Assembly: GCF_900964775.1 (NCBI RefSeq)
Contig: NC_041813.1
Coordinates: 31,864,960-31,928,959 of the forward strand
DNA length: 64,000 nucleotides
Direction of reading: 5' to 3'
DNA from: Scleropages formosus
Taxonomy: Eukaryota
The position numbers were made by a program, and so were the translations under genes. Below are positions 51,982 to 63,606 of this stretch, one piece after another; the first letter of the stretch is position 1, and every line of letters starts with the position of its first letter. The notes below the pieces were generated by a model, which was not told the DNA's origin, ran no database searches, and saw only the letters and a list, made by a program, of their open reading frames with translations.

Positions 51982-52183
51982 GTTTCCAGGCGACGTGACA
52001 CTGTGCCATACATGAGAACACACTGTACTCAGTAGCCAGTACACTGGGGGAGGAGGGTACAGCAGGAGTAAGAGATGTGGTCTTACCGCAGTACCGCTCA
52101 GTCAGGTTGTAGTACTCGTACTGGTCGTAGTAGTTCTCCTCGAAGGTGGTGGGTTCTAGTTTTTTCACGTCCACAAAACTCAT
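51740..52183 (-). CDS. nupr1: Nuclear protein 1 / p8 (NUPR1) gene. 2 coding exons.
   Basis: Exon 1 is 52087-52183 (MSFVDVKKLEPTTFEENYYDQYEYYNLTERYCG). The 219-nt intron holds a (CA)36 tract. Exon 2 is 51740-51867 (GASRKGRTKREASCNTNRHCPAGHERKITEKLQRSEKRGKE*). Human NUPR1 has ...YSLAHSYLGGGGRKGRTKREAAANTNRPSPGGHERKLVTKLQNSERKKRG. It lies next to sgf29, as NUPR1 and SGF29 do in human. Confidence 0.85.
51903..51977. repeat. (CA)36 microsatellite inside the nupr1 intron
   Basis: Perfect 74-nt ac tract occupying one third of the 219-nt intron. Confidence 0.95.
52087..52183 (-). CDS. nupr1: nupr1 coding exon 1
   Basis: ATG at 52183 on the minus strand. Donor TACTGCG|gtaaga. Confidence 0.82.
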
Positions 52184-53215
52184 GGCTGGAAGACAGAGGC
52201 TCACAAAGCAGCAAAGACGATGACTGATGACCGAGGACTGATGACTGAGCACTGATTATATGCGCAGTGTGTTGTGTCTCTCCGACCGCACGCCTGCTCC
52301 CCGCTTCTGTTCCTGTTGTTTTCCAGTGCAGCTCGGCTCTCGCCTCATTTATAGTCCCGTCTCCATCCCCCCGTCACACCCCCCCACCCTTCCAAGGGCG
52401 GACTTTCACACTGTAAACAGTGAGTCAAAGTTGCATCAGCCCTGGTTACAGTGTGTCCAGCGGGCGGGACAGCGTGTGCAAACAAACACACGGCCTTCTC
52501 TCCGCTGCAGGACACTCTACACTTGTCTTTTTCCCCTCTCCTTTCTTTTTTTCTTTCTTTCTTTCTTTCGACAAGGATTCAGCAGCTCTGAGGGAACTTT
52601 CTCTTTTCTAAATTACTTCACATTTGCACTATGTGTGTGGACAAGCTATGTTTTGTTTCATGTTTGTCCTTCTCCTTTGTCCTTCCTCCTCTCCACTTAT
52701 GATTAGATTACAGTCCACGTTTATCTTCGATGTGAAGGTGAATGTTCAGGAACACCTGATCAACGCTGGGCTTTTTCTCCCTCCGCACTCCAGGCTCCCA
52801 GCGTGTGAGGGGGACTTGAACCCTTGTTTCCCCTCGTTTCCCTCTCGTACCCTTCACTTGACCTTCGTTTGAGTGAATGTGAAACACATCAATATGTAAG
52901 TGAAGGAGGAAAGCTCTGTAATTTGGCCAGAGGAGTTAGTTCACATGATACATTATTTTGAGTTTCCATAAGTGTGTTTTTACAAACATGAGTAATTGCA
53001 CCTTGAGAAGGATCCAAAATCTTGTAAACGTTGTTTAAAGGCTTTGCAGATGTCATCATTTGTCACGAATATGAAAGTATGTAGAGTCTGTAAGGCTTTT
53101 GAAGTACAGTAATGATTACATACTTTCATATTCGTGACAAATGATGACATCTGGAAAGAAGCAGAAGGTTCCAGAGAATTCCAGCTGTCACTGGGCAAAC
53201 TGGCATATTTCAGAT

Positions 53216-53350
<135 letters not shown>

Positions 53351-54449
53351 GTTCCCCATGATCTGCTCAAACCAGGTTGTTGCCACGTGGCCACTGTTCT
53401 CATTACTTTGTTTTACTTTGTTTACTTTGGGTTCAATGCCCCTTTGTGGCCCGGCGTTTTGTTCCTCGCGGAGTGTCTGTGTTCAAACCCATTACCGATA
53501 ATGAAATAAAAAGTAATAAAAAGGGAAAACAGATTTTATTTATTATTATCATGAAAAAAACGTTTAGCCCGCGTTCGAAACATTCACTAAAGAAGTACAT
53601 AAACAATCACAAAGAACTTTCACTTAGTAGCGCTGAAAAGGGTTATTACATTCATCGTGTTATGACATTCTTATTTATGAAGCTGTTCGTATCACGTGAC
53701 CCGAAAATGTTTTCTCACCTTCGTGTTTATCTCTCGTTTACCGTGCTCTTAAGAGAAGAAAAAGCAAACAATAATGAACAAAATGGGCTGCGGTTTCAAA
53801 GGCGCATTTTCGCTTTGTATGTGAAAGCATCCACACCTTTGCGTTGTTTATTTTTAAACCTTCGATAATAGGAACGCCAGATGTGTGGCGCTAACAACAA
53901 GCACGCGACGAGGGAGCGATCGGTCAGAAAACGCGTTTCCGAAAACGAGCGCTTCCTTGCAGTTCGCGGCACTGTTTGTCCCCCCGGGGAGCCCGTAGCG
54001 AGGAAGTGGAGCGAAAGAGAGAGAAACCGCGCACATCGGTGCGTTCGAGCTACTTTACTCAAGTGGTTACTGTTAAATTAACGGTAATGTGTGCCTTTCG
54101 TGCGCTTCGTTGTGAGTAAGATTGATATTGTGACGCACGATCGGTCGGTCTTGAGTCCGTGTGTAACGGGATGAAATAGAAGTTTAGAATGAGGGCGTGA
54201 CGTGTGTGGGTAACTAACTCACAGTCACTGGATATAAATAAAAAACTGTGTGTGTGTGGATGTGTGGGGGGGGGGTACTGCACTGTGACTGTGTCATTCA
54301 TAGTCAAGACAGGTGTACTTCACGTGGGCTCTTCGACACGAACCAAACCTGTCCTCACGCTGTCTCTGTCTCAGTGTCTGTGTGTCACTGTTTGTGCTTC
54401 ACCTCAGAACACACACACCCCCCCCCCGGGCTCCTGCCTCTCCCCCCCC

Positions 54450-54524
54450 ATGGCCCTGGTATCGGCAGACAGCCAGATTGCAGAATACCTCACCGAGCTG
54501 CACCAGCTCATTAAACAGACACAG
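54450..54524 (+). CDS. sgf29: sgf29 exon 1
   Basis: ATG at 54450. Donor CAG|gtgaga. Confidence 0.9.
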
Positions 54525-57500
54525 GTGAGACATTGCGGGCCTCGATCACACATCCAACTGGCGTCCAGTCCACTGAGTGTGGAGCTCCACGTGGTGGGAC
54601 ACGCGTACACTTTGTTGACATCAGGTGAACATACGTTCTGCAGTAATGCACTGTGTGTGTGTGTGTGTGTGTGTGTGCGCATGCTACCAGGAGGAACGTT
54701 CTCGCAGTGAACACAACCTCCTCAACATCCAGAAGACCCACGAAAGGATGCAGACAGAGAACAAAAGTGAGTCTCCGTGCGTTCGAGTCTCTGTGCGGGG
54801 GGACCATTTCCATCGTTGCCGCTCTTGCTCACGTCTTCTGTCGTCTCTCGTCCGCAGCCTCTCCGTACTACAGAACCAAGTTACGCGGGCTGTACACCAC
54901 GGCCAAAGCGGACGCAGAGGCAGAATGCAGGTGGGTTTTGCATCTCGTCCCGTTCGGTGTTTGTGCCCCAGTTCCACTTACAGTCGAACGCCCTCAGATT
55001 TGGTGTGACTCAATTTTAAAAGGAAAATAAAAGAGAAAGGCAGCAGTGGCGCTTCAGCTGAAGGGAATAATGACATTCCTCTAATTCCTGTCCTCATCAG
55101 CACGCAGTAGTATGATGCGCAGCAAAAGAAGTGTTGCTGTCAATGTGCACACTTGTGATGTGCTTCAATACTCATGTAGAAGTTCTTTTTACTTCCCACA
55201 CTGCAGCCATGTCCTCTTAAGGAATCATGGCATTAAGTAGAAGAGCGAGCTTAAAAAGTCGCGCCTGTTCTCTTAACACCATCTCGGCATCACTGGGTGC
55301 GGTACAAACAGTGCTGTGATGAACGTGGTGTGTGTCGCTCCTCTTCCTTCAGCATCCTTCGTCACGCTCTGCAGAAGATTGCAGATATCAAGAAACTTCT
55401 GGAAGAGAGGCGCATTGGTAAGTGTGTGTTTTGTTTCTTACCCACGCTTGGTGTTTGTCTCAGTTGTGTGTGTGCGTAGCCCTGCAGCACCAGTGTGAAT
55501 AACAGCGCTGTTGACAAAACGCCCTTCGTCTCATTTCCCCCTCTTCTCTGTGTTGCCGCTCAGCGGCAAAGATGGCGGGGGTGTACAGCGACAGTGACCC
55601 CCCGAGGAAGACCATGAGGAGAGGAGTGCTCATGACGCTCCTTCAGCAGTCTGCCATGACGCTGCCGCTGTGGATCGGCAAACCGGGAGACAGGTGATCA
55701 GTGACCTGCAGGAGGCGCTGTGCCAGGGAGTAGCGCTGGTCAGCAAAGAGTGTATGTTTACACTTACGGTGTGACATTTACACTTTTTTTCTCCAAAGTG
55801 ACACACAGCTCAAGCGTAAACAAAGGAGCATCAACAACAGACAGAGCTCTAGACACAGACACAGGATTATGGACACACAGCTTGTGTGTGTGACACCACC
55901 ATGTCGCTGGTTCACATCCCTCCAGTAGCTCCTCTAGAAGTGACATTCAAACAGCAAATGCACAGATAATCGTAGCAGTTGGTGATGGAGCTGTCAGGAG
56001 ATCAGAGGAGAAGTGGCTCCCAAAGAGATGGGTTCAGGACCCTTCTTCAGTGTGGGAGAAGTTCAGGTACTGGAGAAACTCATTGCACCGTGTTGGAGCT
56101 AAAACTGAGAACCAGCAGGCTTGAGGTTTTGGACCTCTGTGTGCGACCTGGGTTCCACTTCCTTTAGAGGTCCACCGAGCAGCAGTGCAGCCCAAATCAC
56201 CCCAGGTACCGTGATGTGTAAAAGTGTGGACGGATGCGGAGTGCTCAATAATAGCGAACGCTGAGCTGCCGGGACGTGTCGTTTCTGCTGTGTCGTGTTC
56301 GTGCCCTGACTCCACGCTCCCCCGCCAGCCCCCCTCCTCTGTGCGGAGCCATCCCGGCCAGCAGCGACTACGTAGCCAAGCCAGGGGACAAGGTGGCTGC
56401 CAGGGTGAAGGCGATGGACGGCGATGAGCAGTGGATCCTGGCGGAGGTGGTCAGCTACAACCACTCCACCAACAAGTAAGTGACCGGTTCTAGGGCCAAC
56501 GGGTCCCCAGTGCGAACGGACAGCGCGTCAGCAGACATCCTTCTTGCGGAACATTTGCAAAACTGGTTGTTCATTTAGGGCATTCTTCCGTTGTCGAGAG
56601 ATAGGAAAGCTTGAGACACGCACACAAGCGCACACACAGCAAAAGCTGGTTTGGAGAGCTGTGTGCTGGGCAGGAGGTGCAGAGGCAGCGGCAGCCAGAT
56701 CAGCTTCAGAAGAGTCTCAGAGCAGATGGCAGCATGGTGAAGCGCAGGCTGTGCAACGGCACAAGTGAATTGGGCCGTTTGTCCCGTCAGTCTGTTTCCG
56801 CTGAGGTGCCAGGGCGGGGGGGGGGCTGCACACCAGCCTAACTGTGTGTTCAACCCAGCGAGTCGCTGAGGTAACGCTGGACAGGGTTACTGCGGAAGAG
56901 TGAGCTGCCGGTAAGGAAGGAGGAGTGCAACTTGGTTCCAAGGACCGAGGTCACTGCTGATTCTGTCCTGTGTCCTCAGGTACGAGGTGGACGACATCGA
57001 CGAGGAGGGAAAGGAGTGAGTATCGCTGCTTCGTTGCCCATGTCTCTCTCGTGTGTGCGCGTGCGCTCCTTTGCGTGTGTTTGTTTACCTCGGAACTGCT
57101 GTAGATTAATGAATGGGTCGGGGATTTGGGGCAGGGGGGAGTATGGATCTGTTCATCTGACAGGCTGTGGGAACCCAGCACCATCTCAAAGTAATGCTCA
57201 CATGCAGAACGGTTGTGAAAGGATCGGCTGGATTTGCGCGACTTCATCACTGGCAGCCGTGACTCTTTGGATACATGTGGACTGAGTGTTTCACAGAGAA
57301 TATGTGTCACCCGCTGGACTGAAAAAGAAAGACGGAGCTTGGGAGAAAAAGCGCCATACTTTAGGTGAAGTCACTGGCTCTTGAATGGACAGCGGTATCT
57401 CGCCGACGTGCGTGAGCCGTTCGTTCCACACAGAGGTGCCCGACACTGAAGAAAAGGCCAGGAGGCCGTTCCTTCGCTTCCTCAGGGCTCGCATCACAAC

Positions 57501-58225
57501 ATCATGGTGTCGCCGAACATCCCAGAATGCCCAAATAATCGTGTCATTGGTCGGTGGGTCTTGGAGCGCTGCTCAGAGTGGTGCAGATGGCGTAACGAGT
57601 ACCCCACCCCCCACCCAGCACACCGCTGTGTTTGTGTGAGTGTCACTCTGCGGAAAGGCAGCTGAGCGCAGTCATTAGGCAGCTCGCCGTACACGCACCT
57701 CGTGCAGCGTGTGCGCTACCTGTACTCCCTGTACTCACACGCCCCCCCTCCCCTCCTCAGGAGACACACGCTCAGCAGGAGGAGGATTATTCCGCTGCCG
57801 CAGTGGAAGGCCAACCCAGAAACGGACCCCGAGGCGCTGTTCAGCAAGGACCACCTGGTGCTGGCTCTGTACCCTCAGACCACCTGCTTCTACAGGGCTC
57901 TGATCCACACCCCCCCACAGCGGGTGAGGTTGCCAGCGTCCTCTCATCCGTGTCTCCTATGTGCCGTACAAGCAGGCGCAGACAGAGATTGTAATACGTG
58001 CAGGGTTTCTGCACACACTCAGCCTGTCTCGCTCAGAGTGTTTTGTCCCGTTCATGCAGACGCAGCTGACGCTTATGTGTTTTATGGTGTTCTGCATTAC
58101 CCTGGCAGCCCCAGGATGACTATTCGGTGCTGTTTGAGGACACATCCTACGCCGATGGGTACTCCCCTCCCCTCAACGTAGCTCAGAGGTATGTGGTGGC
58201 CTGCAAGGAGAACAAGAAGAAGTGA
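54450..58225 (+). CDS. sgf29: SAGA-associated factor 29 (SGF29/CCDC101). CDS span, 9 coding exons.
   Basis: The protein is about 90% identical to human along its full length: MALVSADSQIAEYLTELHQLIKQTQ|EERSRSEHNLLNIQKTHERMQTENK|TSPYYRTKLRGLYTTAKADAEAEC|SILRHALQKIADIKKLLEERRI|AAKMAGVYSDSDPPRKTMRRGVLMTLLQQSAMTLPLWIGKPGD|SPPPLCGAIPASSDYVAKPGDKVAARVKAMDGDEQWILAEVVSYNHSTN|KYEVDDIDEEGKE|RHTLSRRRIIPLPQWKANPETDPEALFSKDHLVLALYPQTTCFYRALIHTPPQR|PQDDYSVLFEDTSYADGYSPPLNVAQRYVVACKENKKK*. Confidence 0.95.
54691..54766 (+). CDS. sgf29: sgf29 exon 2
   Basis: taccag|GAGGAACG...ACAAAA|gtgagt. Confidence 0.9.
54858..54930 (+). CDS. sgf29: sgf29 exon 3
   Basis: tccgcag|CCTCTCCG...GAATGCAG|gtgggt. Confidence 0.9.
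55353..55417 (+). CDS. sgf29: sgf29 exon 4
   Basis: ccttcag|CATCCTTCG...GCATTG|gtaagt. Confidence 0.9.
55564..55693 (+). CDS. sgf29: sgf29 exon 5
   Basis: ccgctcag|CGGCAAAG...GAGACAG|gtgatc. Confidence 0.9.
56330..56476 (+). CDS. sgf29: sgf29 exon 6 (start of tandem Tudor)
   Basis: cccgccag|CCCCCCTCC...ACCAACAA|gtaagt. Confidence 0.88.
56980..57015 (+). CDS. sgf29: sgf29 exon 7
   Basis: gtcctcag|GTACGAGG...AAGGA|gtgagt. Confidence 0.9.
57761..57923 (+). CDS. sgf29: sgf29 exon 8
   Basis: ccctcctcag|GAGACACACG...CAGCGG|gtgagg. Confidence 0.9.
58109..58225 (+). CDS. sgf29: sgf29 terminal coding exon
   Basis: cctggcag|CCCCAGGATG... Stop TGA at 58223-58225. Confidence 0.9.
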   Translation, partial: PQDDYSVLFEDTSYADGYSPPLNVAQRYVVACKENKKK

Positions 58226-59214
58226 AGAATCCACCCAGGAAGCAATGTGTGTATCACGTGTTCATGAGCTTCAAGTGACGGAGAACACTGGCAACGTTTC
58301 TGACCTCTTTGTGCATCCTAGTGCGAGTAATGTCGTGTCCTAATGTGCATCTGGGCTTTGTACCTTTGTCTTTGCATATTTTTTCTATCATGTTGTGTGT
58401 GTTAGTGTGTAAAACAGTGAAGTAAAACAGTGTTTTTGGCGATTTTCCTTCTCCCAGTTTCATGTTTTGCTGGCAGAAATGCATGAGAGACACGGAAAGC
58501 ATCAGAGCAGAATTGGAAACATAAAGAAAAATTGCTGCAGAAATATACATTTTGAACTGATTTTAATAGATGAATAGGTTTTTTCGCATGTTAAAAAAAC
58601 TAAAATGTAAGAAGCTCAACTACATCAAGCTGTTCTTGTTTCCCATATTTCTGAGGTTTTATATTTCAGCTTGAGCATGCCATATGGCGTTCATGACTTT
58701 GCCTCTCGAGGTGTACAAAAGGTACGCTCTACATATTGTAGTTAAGACATGTTCAAGGTCTCCGCATGAGTGGTGGGTCTTCCCAGACACGATGTAGTCC
58801 TCAGTCGCCAGGCAACTGCAGCGAGAACAAACACGTACATACTCCCCTCCTCTTGAAGACCCGGGGTGTGCAGGAGGCAGACACTGACAGCTGTACAGAG
58901 ACATTGAGGTACAAAATATTCGGTATACAAGGAAAGAAGCTTAAAGGTTCCCACTGGCTAACAATTTGTCCTCTCTTATTGCAAACTAGTACAGCAGGCA
59001 GTAACCATATTGGGCATTTCTTTAACTGGACACTGCAGAGCAAAGATCACATAACGACTGTTGGAGTTACACGTAATACATATAAGTGTATGTAATGTCT
59101 TAGGTAAAATGTATGTTTCAGCTTCCATTGCTGTTTGTGGCTCCCTTGATGCTTTATAGTCACATTTTACATTCTCACCTTTGTTTCAGGGATCTCCATT
59201 TCAGAGATTCACGT

Positions 59215-59460
59215 ATTAAATCCATTTCAAAACATTACATGTACTTGTTTCGCTGACACTTTTTGCCAAAGTGACTTACAATGTCAGGCTACCCGCAACT
59301 GTTTATCCATGTATAGAGCTGGGTAATTTTAACAATTTAGGGTAAGTACAATGCTCAAGGGTATTACAGTTGGTGGTGGGATTCAAATGTGCAACCTTTG
59401 GGTCCAAAAGGAGCAGCAGCTGTAATCACCGTGCTGCCAGCTGTCCCTATCCGTGTCAGT
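59215..59460 (-). mobile_element. tRNA-derived SINE (family C), full length, minus orientation
   Basis: The reverse complement reads cagctggcagcacggtgattacagctgctgctccttttggacccaaaggttgcacatttgaatcccacc...acttaccctaaattgttaaaattacccagc...gacattgtaagtcactttggcaaaaagtgtcagcgaaacaagtacatg. Confidence 0.7.
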
Positions 59461-59758
59461 GTGGTCTTAAGCTTTTGCATAAAACTCTTTTAGTCATGTG
59501 CATTACTGATAGTGTAACTCATCATTAATGTGTCACTGTGCTTAGAGGGTCACCTACAGACTTCAATACCCAGCATGCACTAGTGAGCAACCGGAAAACT
59601 CATTGCGTTTTCCGCCTCTTTAAGCTAGTTGACCAATGAAAACCTACATCTGCCATAACGGACTTGTGTTTTCTCCAATAGCGACGGGCATAATTAAAAG
59701 TTACTTCATGACGTTTCATGATTCCGCGAAGGCAAGAATCTGAGCTTCCGGCGTCGTT

Positions 59759-59770
59759 CTGGAAAATCAT
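59759..59770 (+). CDS. nfatc2ip: nfatc2ip exon 1 (MSEP)
   Basis: aaaatcATGTCTGAACCT|gtaagt. Human starts MAEP. A CCAAT box (gaccaatgaaaac) lies about 120 bp upstream. Confidence 0.55.
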
Positions 59771-62700
59771 GTCTGAACCTGTAAGTTATTCGTAACATGA
59801 AAAAACTAAATAAGTGTAAGTAAAGAAAGCGTGTTTGCATGCGAACGAAGCGGTTCCGTGTTCTTACACAGAGGTGTTAACTTAGAGCTGTGAAAAGAAG
59901 TGTGTGTTTATGTGGCACTAATTACGCGCCAAATTTGTGCTGAGTCTCTGTGACTGAGCGCAGTAAATAACTGAGTAGCTGCTGCTTGCATTCGATTCGA
60001 GTCCAGCGTCCGGTCGAAACGAAAGATTCTCACTTCGTGGGTGGAGCCGAAAAACTCGCAGTTTCTGTCTTTTATAAGGACTCCGGATTATGGTTTGAGG
60101 GGTCTCGCTTTCTCCGGTACTCACAGTCACTCCCTCTCTCTCTCGTCCTGCAGGAGACCGACAGTGACAGCGACTATGGCTCTAAGAGCCCTCACCTCCC
60201 ACCCTCGAAAAGACGAAGAATCATCGATCCCTCAGCGGTGACAACAGTGCCCATCTACTCCAACAAGGTGTGTGTGTGTGCGCGCGCGCGTGCGTGGGTT
60301 TTTTTTTTTTTTTTTTTTTTTTTCTTTCTTCCCCCTCTCTGTCTATTATATTCGCGTAGCTGCGATTTAGGTGCGAAGCGATTGTCAACCGGAAGTCTCG
60401 TGCGTCGTAGTAGAAGTGTCCGCATCGCCACTAGAGGTCGCTGTATCCCAGGTTTACGTTACACCTTCTTAATACTGTATAGCATGTGAAACAAGTGCAA
60501 TATAATGAATATTGTGCACTTACATGCACTGGACACACAGTGGACGTTGAAGTTTAGTAAAGAGGACCCATGTTTTTGCTCTTACTGGCATGGAGGCAGG
60601 AACAGTAGCTGAGCTGAAACATTGCTGTTTTCCATCAGCATGGCTCTTCTTTCAGTAGAGCAACACACCCCCAAGGAAAAAAAAAAAAAAACGGCAGCAG
60701 CGTATGGAAAAGGACCGGAGGCGGGTGCTAAGCGGAGCGGATTAGCGGCGGTCGACGGGCGTCGGGTCACGGACGGGACTCGTCCCCAGCGACGGTGACC
60801 TCGTTCGCTCTCCCTGGGTGCTTCGGTTCTCCGGGTGTCCTCTCGGCGAGGCGCTGCCGTCCTCCTCTGGCTTTCGTTAACTTCGACTAGCGAAGGAAGG
60901 GGCGTCGCGAGGTATCGTCCCGGTGGCCGCGCTCGCTGAGAAGCGCCTTCCTCGGCGCGTGTCTGCGCTTGGCTGCCGCGAAGTAGCTGCGCCGCAGGGT
61001 CAATGAAAAGTAAGCGCCGGTTAAAATCAAGCTAAATTATGTCACTTGTTGCTAATGAATCTCATGTAACTGGTTAGTATTGCAGTTTAGCTAAACCCCT
61101 GAAATAGTTTTAAACCTCAGTTGAGCGAATGACACAGCGATCGCCCCTACAGAGTGTGTTTGTGTGAACTTTACCTCACTTTACCTCACTTTACCTCACT
61201 TTACCTCACTTTACCTCACTTTACCTCTTTGCTCCAAAAGGTGTGTTTTCCGTGTTGCCGCGTTTCAGCTTGCATTGCGATCGTACGTGACGGCGTAGGG
61301 AGGTGACCCTATCAAATGAGAGAGGACGCGTGTTGGGAAGCTTGCGTCGCGCACTCAACTGCACTTTGCTCCTCTTCCTCAGGTCAGCACAAGTTTGCAG
61401 CTGAAGCCTTCCATCTTGCCCGACAGCTCAGGTAACGTACACGTTCGCACGTTCGCGCTCGCCGAGGTTTACGCGGCCACCTCAGCAAAACCGCATCCCG
61501 TCAAGTTATGCTCGTTCGTAACGGCATCTAAACGGACGCGTTCCGTCGGCGCGAGGTCCGAGCGACTCGCCTCGCCGCAGCCGGAGCGTAGGCTGGGCCG
61601 GGAGCAGCGCGAGTCCCGGGTTCGCTTCTCTTCTGGAGAGGCGACCGTGACGTCGGCTCTTCCGTCCGTCCGCACGGAGACGCGTGCCGCTCCTGCGTAC
61701 GGCGCCGCGGAACCCGTCGCGTGTGCGGAGATGGGCCGGCTCGGCGGGGGCGTTGCGCGCCCACGCTGCCTTGGAGGCACGAGTCGTGCGGCCAGCTGGA
61801 AACGTAGCGATGAATCGTGGGTTTAGGAAAGTGAAGAGTGAGAAAGTGTCGTTTGCTTTTCAATGCAGCTGTGAAGTGAGATACTGCGGTATGTGCAACT
61901 GTAACAGTTGGACCAGGCGGGATTGTGGTGCTGTATCTAGGACGTGTGGGCCTTCAACATTTTCTTGCAGTCAGTGAAGATGCAGGTGAGCTCCCTCTCT
62001 GGCCTGAGTCACAGACTGCGCCCAGAGCGGAAACCAAATCCATCACGGTGGCCCTCTCGGACTCGGAGGAAGAGCCAGAAGAAAACGGAGTTCCGTGAGT
62101 AACGTAACTGTTTGCGTGCTCCGTCGCCAAAACTCAGCGCCGCAGTTGCACGGCTATAATGCGCAGAAGTCCGACTAGCGATTTAATGGAATGTTTTTGC
62201 TCCAAGTGGTCCATAAATGGATTAAACAAGTCAGCGCTTATTTTGATAAAAACAGAGCTAAAGATGTTACTGACAGTGAAACTTTTCAGGTCAAAGCTGT
62301 TCGCCAGCAGTCTGTGTTTTTTTCTTCTTAGAGAAACGATCCATTCGCCGTCTCCACCCCCACCACCCCGAAGACATATTGCTAAGACCACCAGACGAGC
62401 AAACCAAAAGATTAAGTGAGTTGATTTTTTAAAAAAAAAAAAAAAAATGTAAATCACATTGTTACTGTTAAAGAATTCATTAGTGCCACACAAATGTACT
62501 TTCACAATTTGCACACGTACACACTGACTGCAAGCTGCAATCTTTCCTTGCATTTCTAATAATACAGTAACATTCTGTGATAGTATCGTAAAACATAGTT
62601 CGCTCATGATTCTCATATCGTCTATCTCCATCTGTCCTTGTCTTTTGTCTTCCAGAGAGATCAACAGGAAATTAAATGCTATTGATTCGCTCCTGTCACC

Positions 62701-63437
62701 AGCACACGAATTCGGGGCAAGTGGTGATCACCGCAATGGCTCTGGTAACCATGACGATGACGACATCATTGTGGTGTCTGATGAGAGTCCTGTGTTGGCG
62801 CGCAACCGGGAGTCAAGGGACATACAGCTGAAGTTCCGCTGTCGCGCTAACTTGTACAAGATTCCCATGCAGTCAGTAAGAATATTACGTGTTTTATTTG
62901 CTAGATTTGACAGCAGTTTTTTTTTTTTATTTCCCAACTTTATTTAGTAAAGTTATCAATACAATACACAACCAAAAACAAAAAAAAGAAACAAAAAAAT
63001 CCACGATTAACCAAACCCAAAACCATTTTTCCTACAGTTGGTCAACCAAACTTACTAAATAGCCATTACATAAAATACATTGTCAAGACAGTGACAAAGT
63101 CTTTCCCATAACAATCCCCCTTCCTGGCTTCAAAAATATATAACTGACCCATGTCTTCCCCTCACCAACATACCCACGAAAGGACTGAAAGGATTTGACG
63201 GCAGTTTTGAAGGCTGTTTTACCACGAGCCTTTGTGAGTAAGTGCACAGTCCCGGTCAGGGGTGGGGGGTTAATAACCTCCGTCCATTCCAGACCGCGCC
63301 CTTGAGGATGGCGGTGGACCAGCTTTCGGAGAAGTTAAGAGTGCCGCCTGCGCAGATACTGCTCTTAAGGAGGGACAGCGAGCTCCCCGTGGACAGGACT
63401 GCAAAGGAGCTTGGCTTGGGCATTGCGGACATCATCG
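59759..63437 (+). CDS. nfatc2ip: NFATC2-interacting protein (NIP45, NFATC2IP). 5' part of the gene, 7 coding exons; it continues beyond the window.
   Basis: Exon peptides: MSEP|ETDSDSDYGSKSPHLPPSKRRRIIDPSAVTTVPIYSNK|VSTSLQLKPSILPDSS|..SEDAGELPLWPESQTAPRAETKSITVALSDSEEEPEENGVP|ETIHSPSPPPPPRRHIAKTTRRANQKI|KEINRKLNAIDSLLSPAHEFGASGDHRNGSGNHDDDDIIVVSDESPVLARNRESRDIQLKFRCRANLYKIPMQS|TAPLRMAVDQLSEKLRVPPAQILLLRRDSELPVDRTAKELGLGIADII. These match human RRRRLVLDPGEAPLVPVYSGKVKSSLRLIPDDLS..., SPLSPPSPRTKSRTHTRALKKLSEVNKRL, and the first SUMO-like domain KIRCRADLVRLPLRMSEPLQSVVDHMATHLGVSPSRILLLFGETELSPTATPRTLKLGVADII. Confidence 0.85.
60154..60267 (+). CDS. nfatc2ip: nfatc2ip exon 2
   Basis: tcctgcag|GAGACCGAC...AACAAG|gtgtgt. 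Confidence 0.8.
60270..60330. repeat. (GT)n-(GC)n-poly(T)26 compound tract immediately after the nfatc2ip exon 2 donor
   Basis: gtgtgtgtgtgtgcgcgcgcgcgtgcgtgggttttttttttttttttttttttttttctttc. Confidence 0.9.
61169..61228. repeat. 10-bp minisatellite (CTTTACCTCA) x6 in an nfatc2ip intron
   Basis: actttacctcactttacctcactttacctcactttacctcactttacctcactttacctc. Confidence 0.9.
61383..61431 (+). CDS. nfatc2ip: nfatc2ip exon 3
   Basis: cctcag|GTCAGCACAAG...CAGCTCAG|gtaacg. Confidence 0.75.
61971..62094 (+). CDS. nfatc2ip: nfatc2ip exon 4
   Basis: ttcttgcag|TCAGTGAAG...GGAGTTCC|gtgagt. The long form is needed for phase compatibility with exon 5. An internal GTGAGC sits at 61986. Confidence 0.6.
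62332..62415 (+). CDS. nfatc2ip: nfatc2ip exon 5
   Basis: ttcttag|AGAAACGATCC...AAGATTAA|gtgagt. Confidence 0.75.
62656..62875 (+). CDS. nfatc2ip: nfatc2ip exon 6 (start of SUMO-like domain 1)
   Basis: ttccag|AGAGATCAAC...CAGTCA|gtaaga. Confidence 0.85.
63292..63437 (+). CDS. nfatc2ip: nfatc2ip exon 7 (SUMO-like domain 1). 3' boundary uncertain.
   Basis: ttccag|ACCGCGCCC... The candidate donor ATCATCG|gtgggg is weak. The open frame would otherwise stop at TAG at about 63464. Human NIP45 has a second SUMO-like domain downstream, so the gene very likely continues past the window end. Confidence 0.6.
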
Positions 63438-63606
63438 GTGGGGCTTTCTCGAGAATCATTAATTAGTCAAAATGAGAAATCCCCCCCCCATCGTGCTGGA
63501 GGGTTTTCCTTTATGTATGTATGTAACTTTAACAACTGGTGTATTTTTCAATCACCACCAGATTTTAAGTTTATGTTGTCCTGTAAACTAATCGTAGACA
63601 GTTAGA

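Noticed and set aside
51469-52252. Long minus-strand ORFs full of CVCVCV repeats around nupr1
   Set aside because: They are translations of the intronic (CA)36 tract joined in frame to the two real nupr1 exons.
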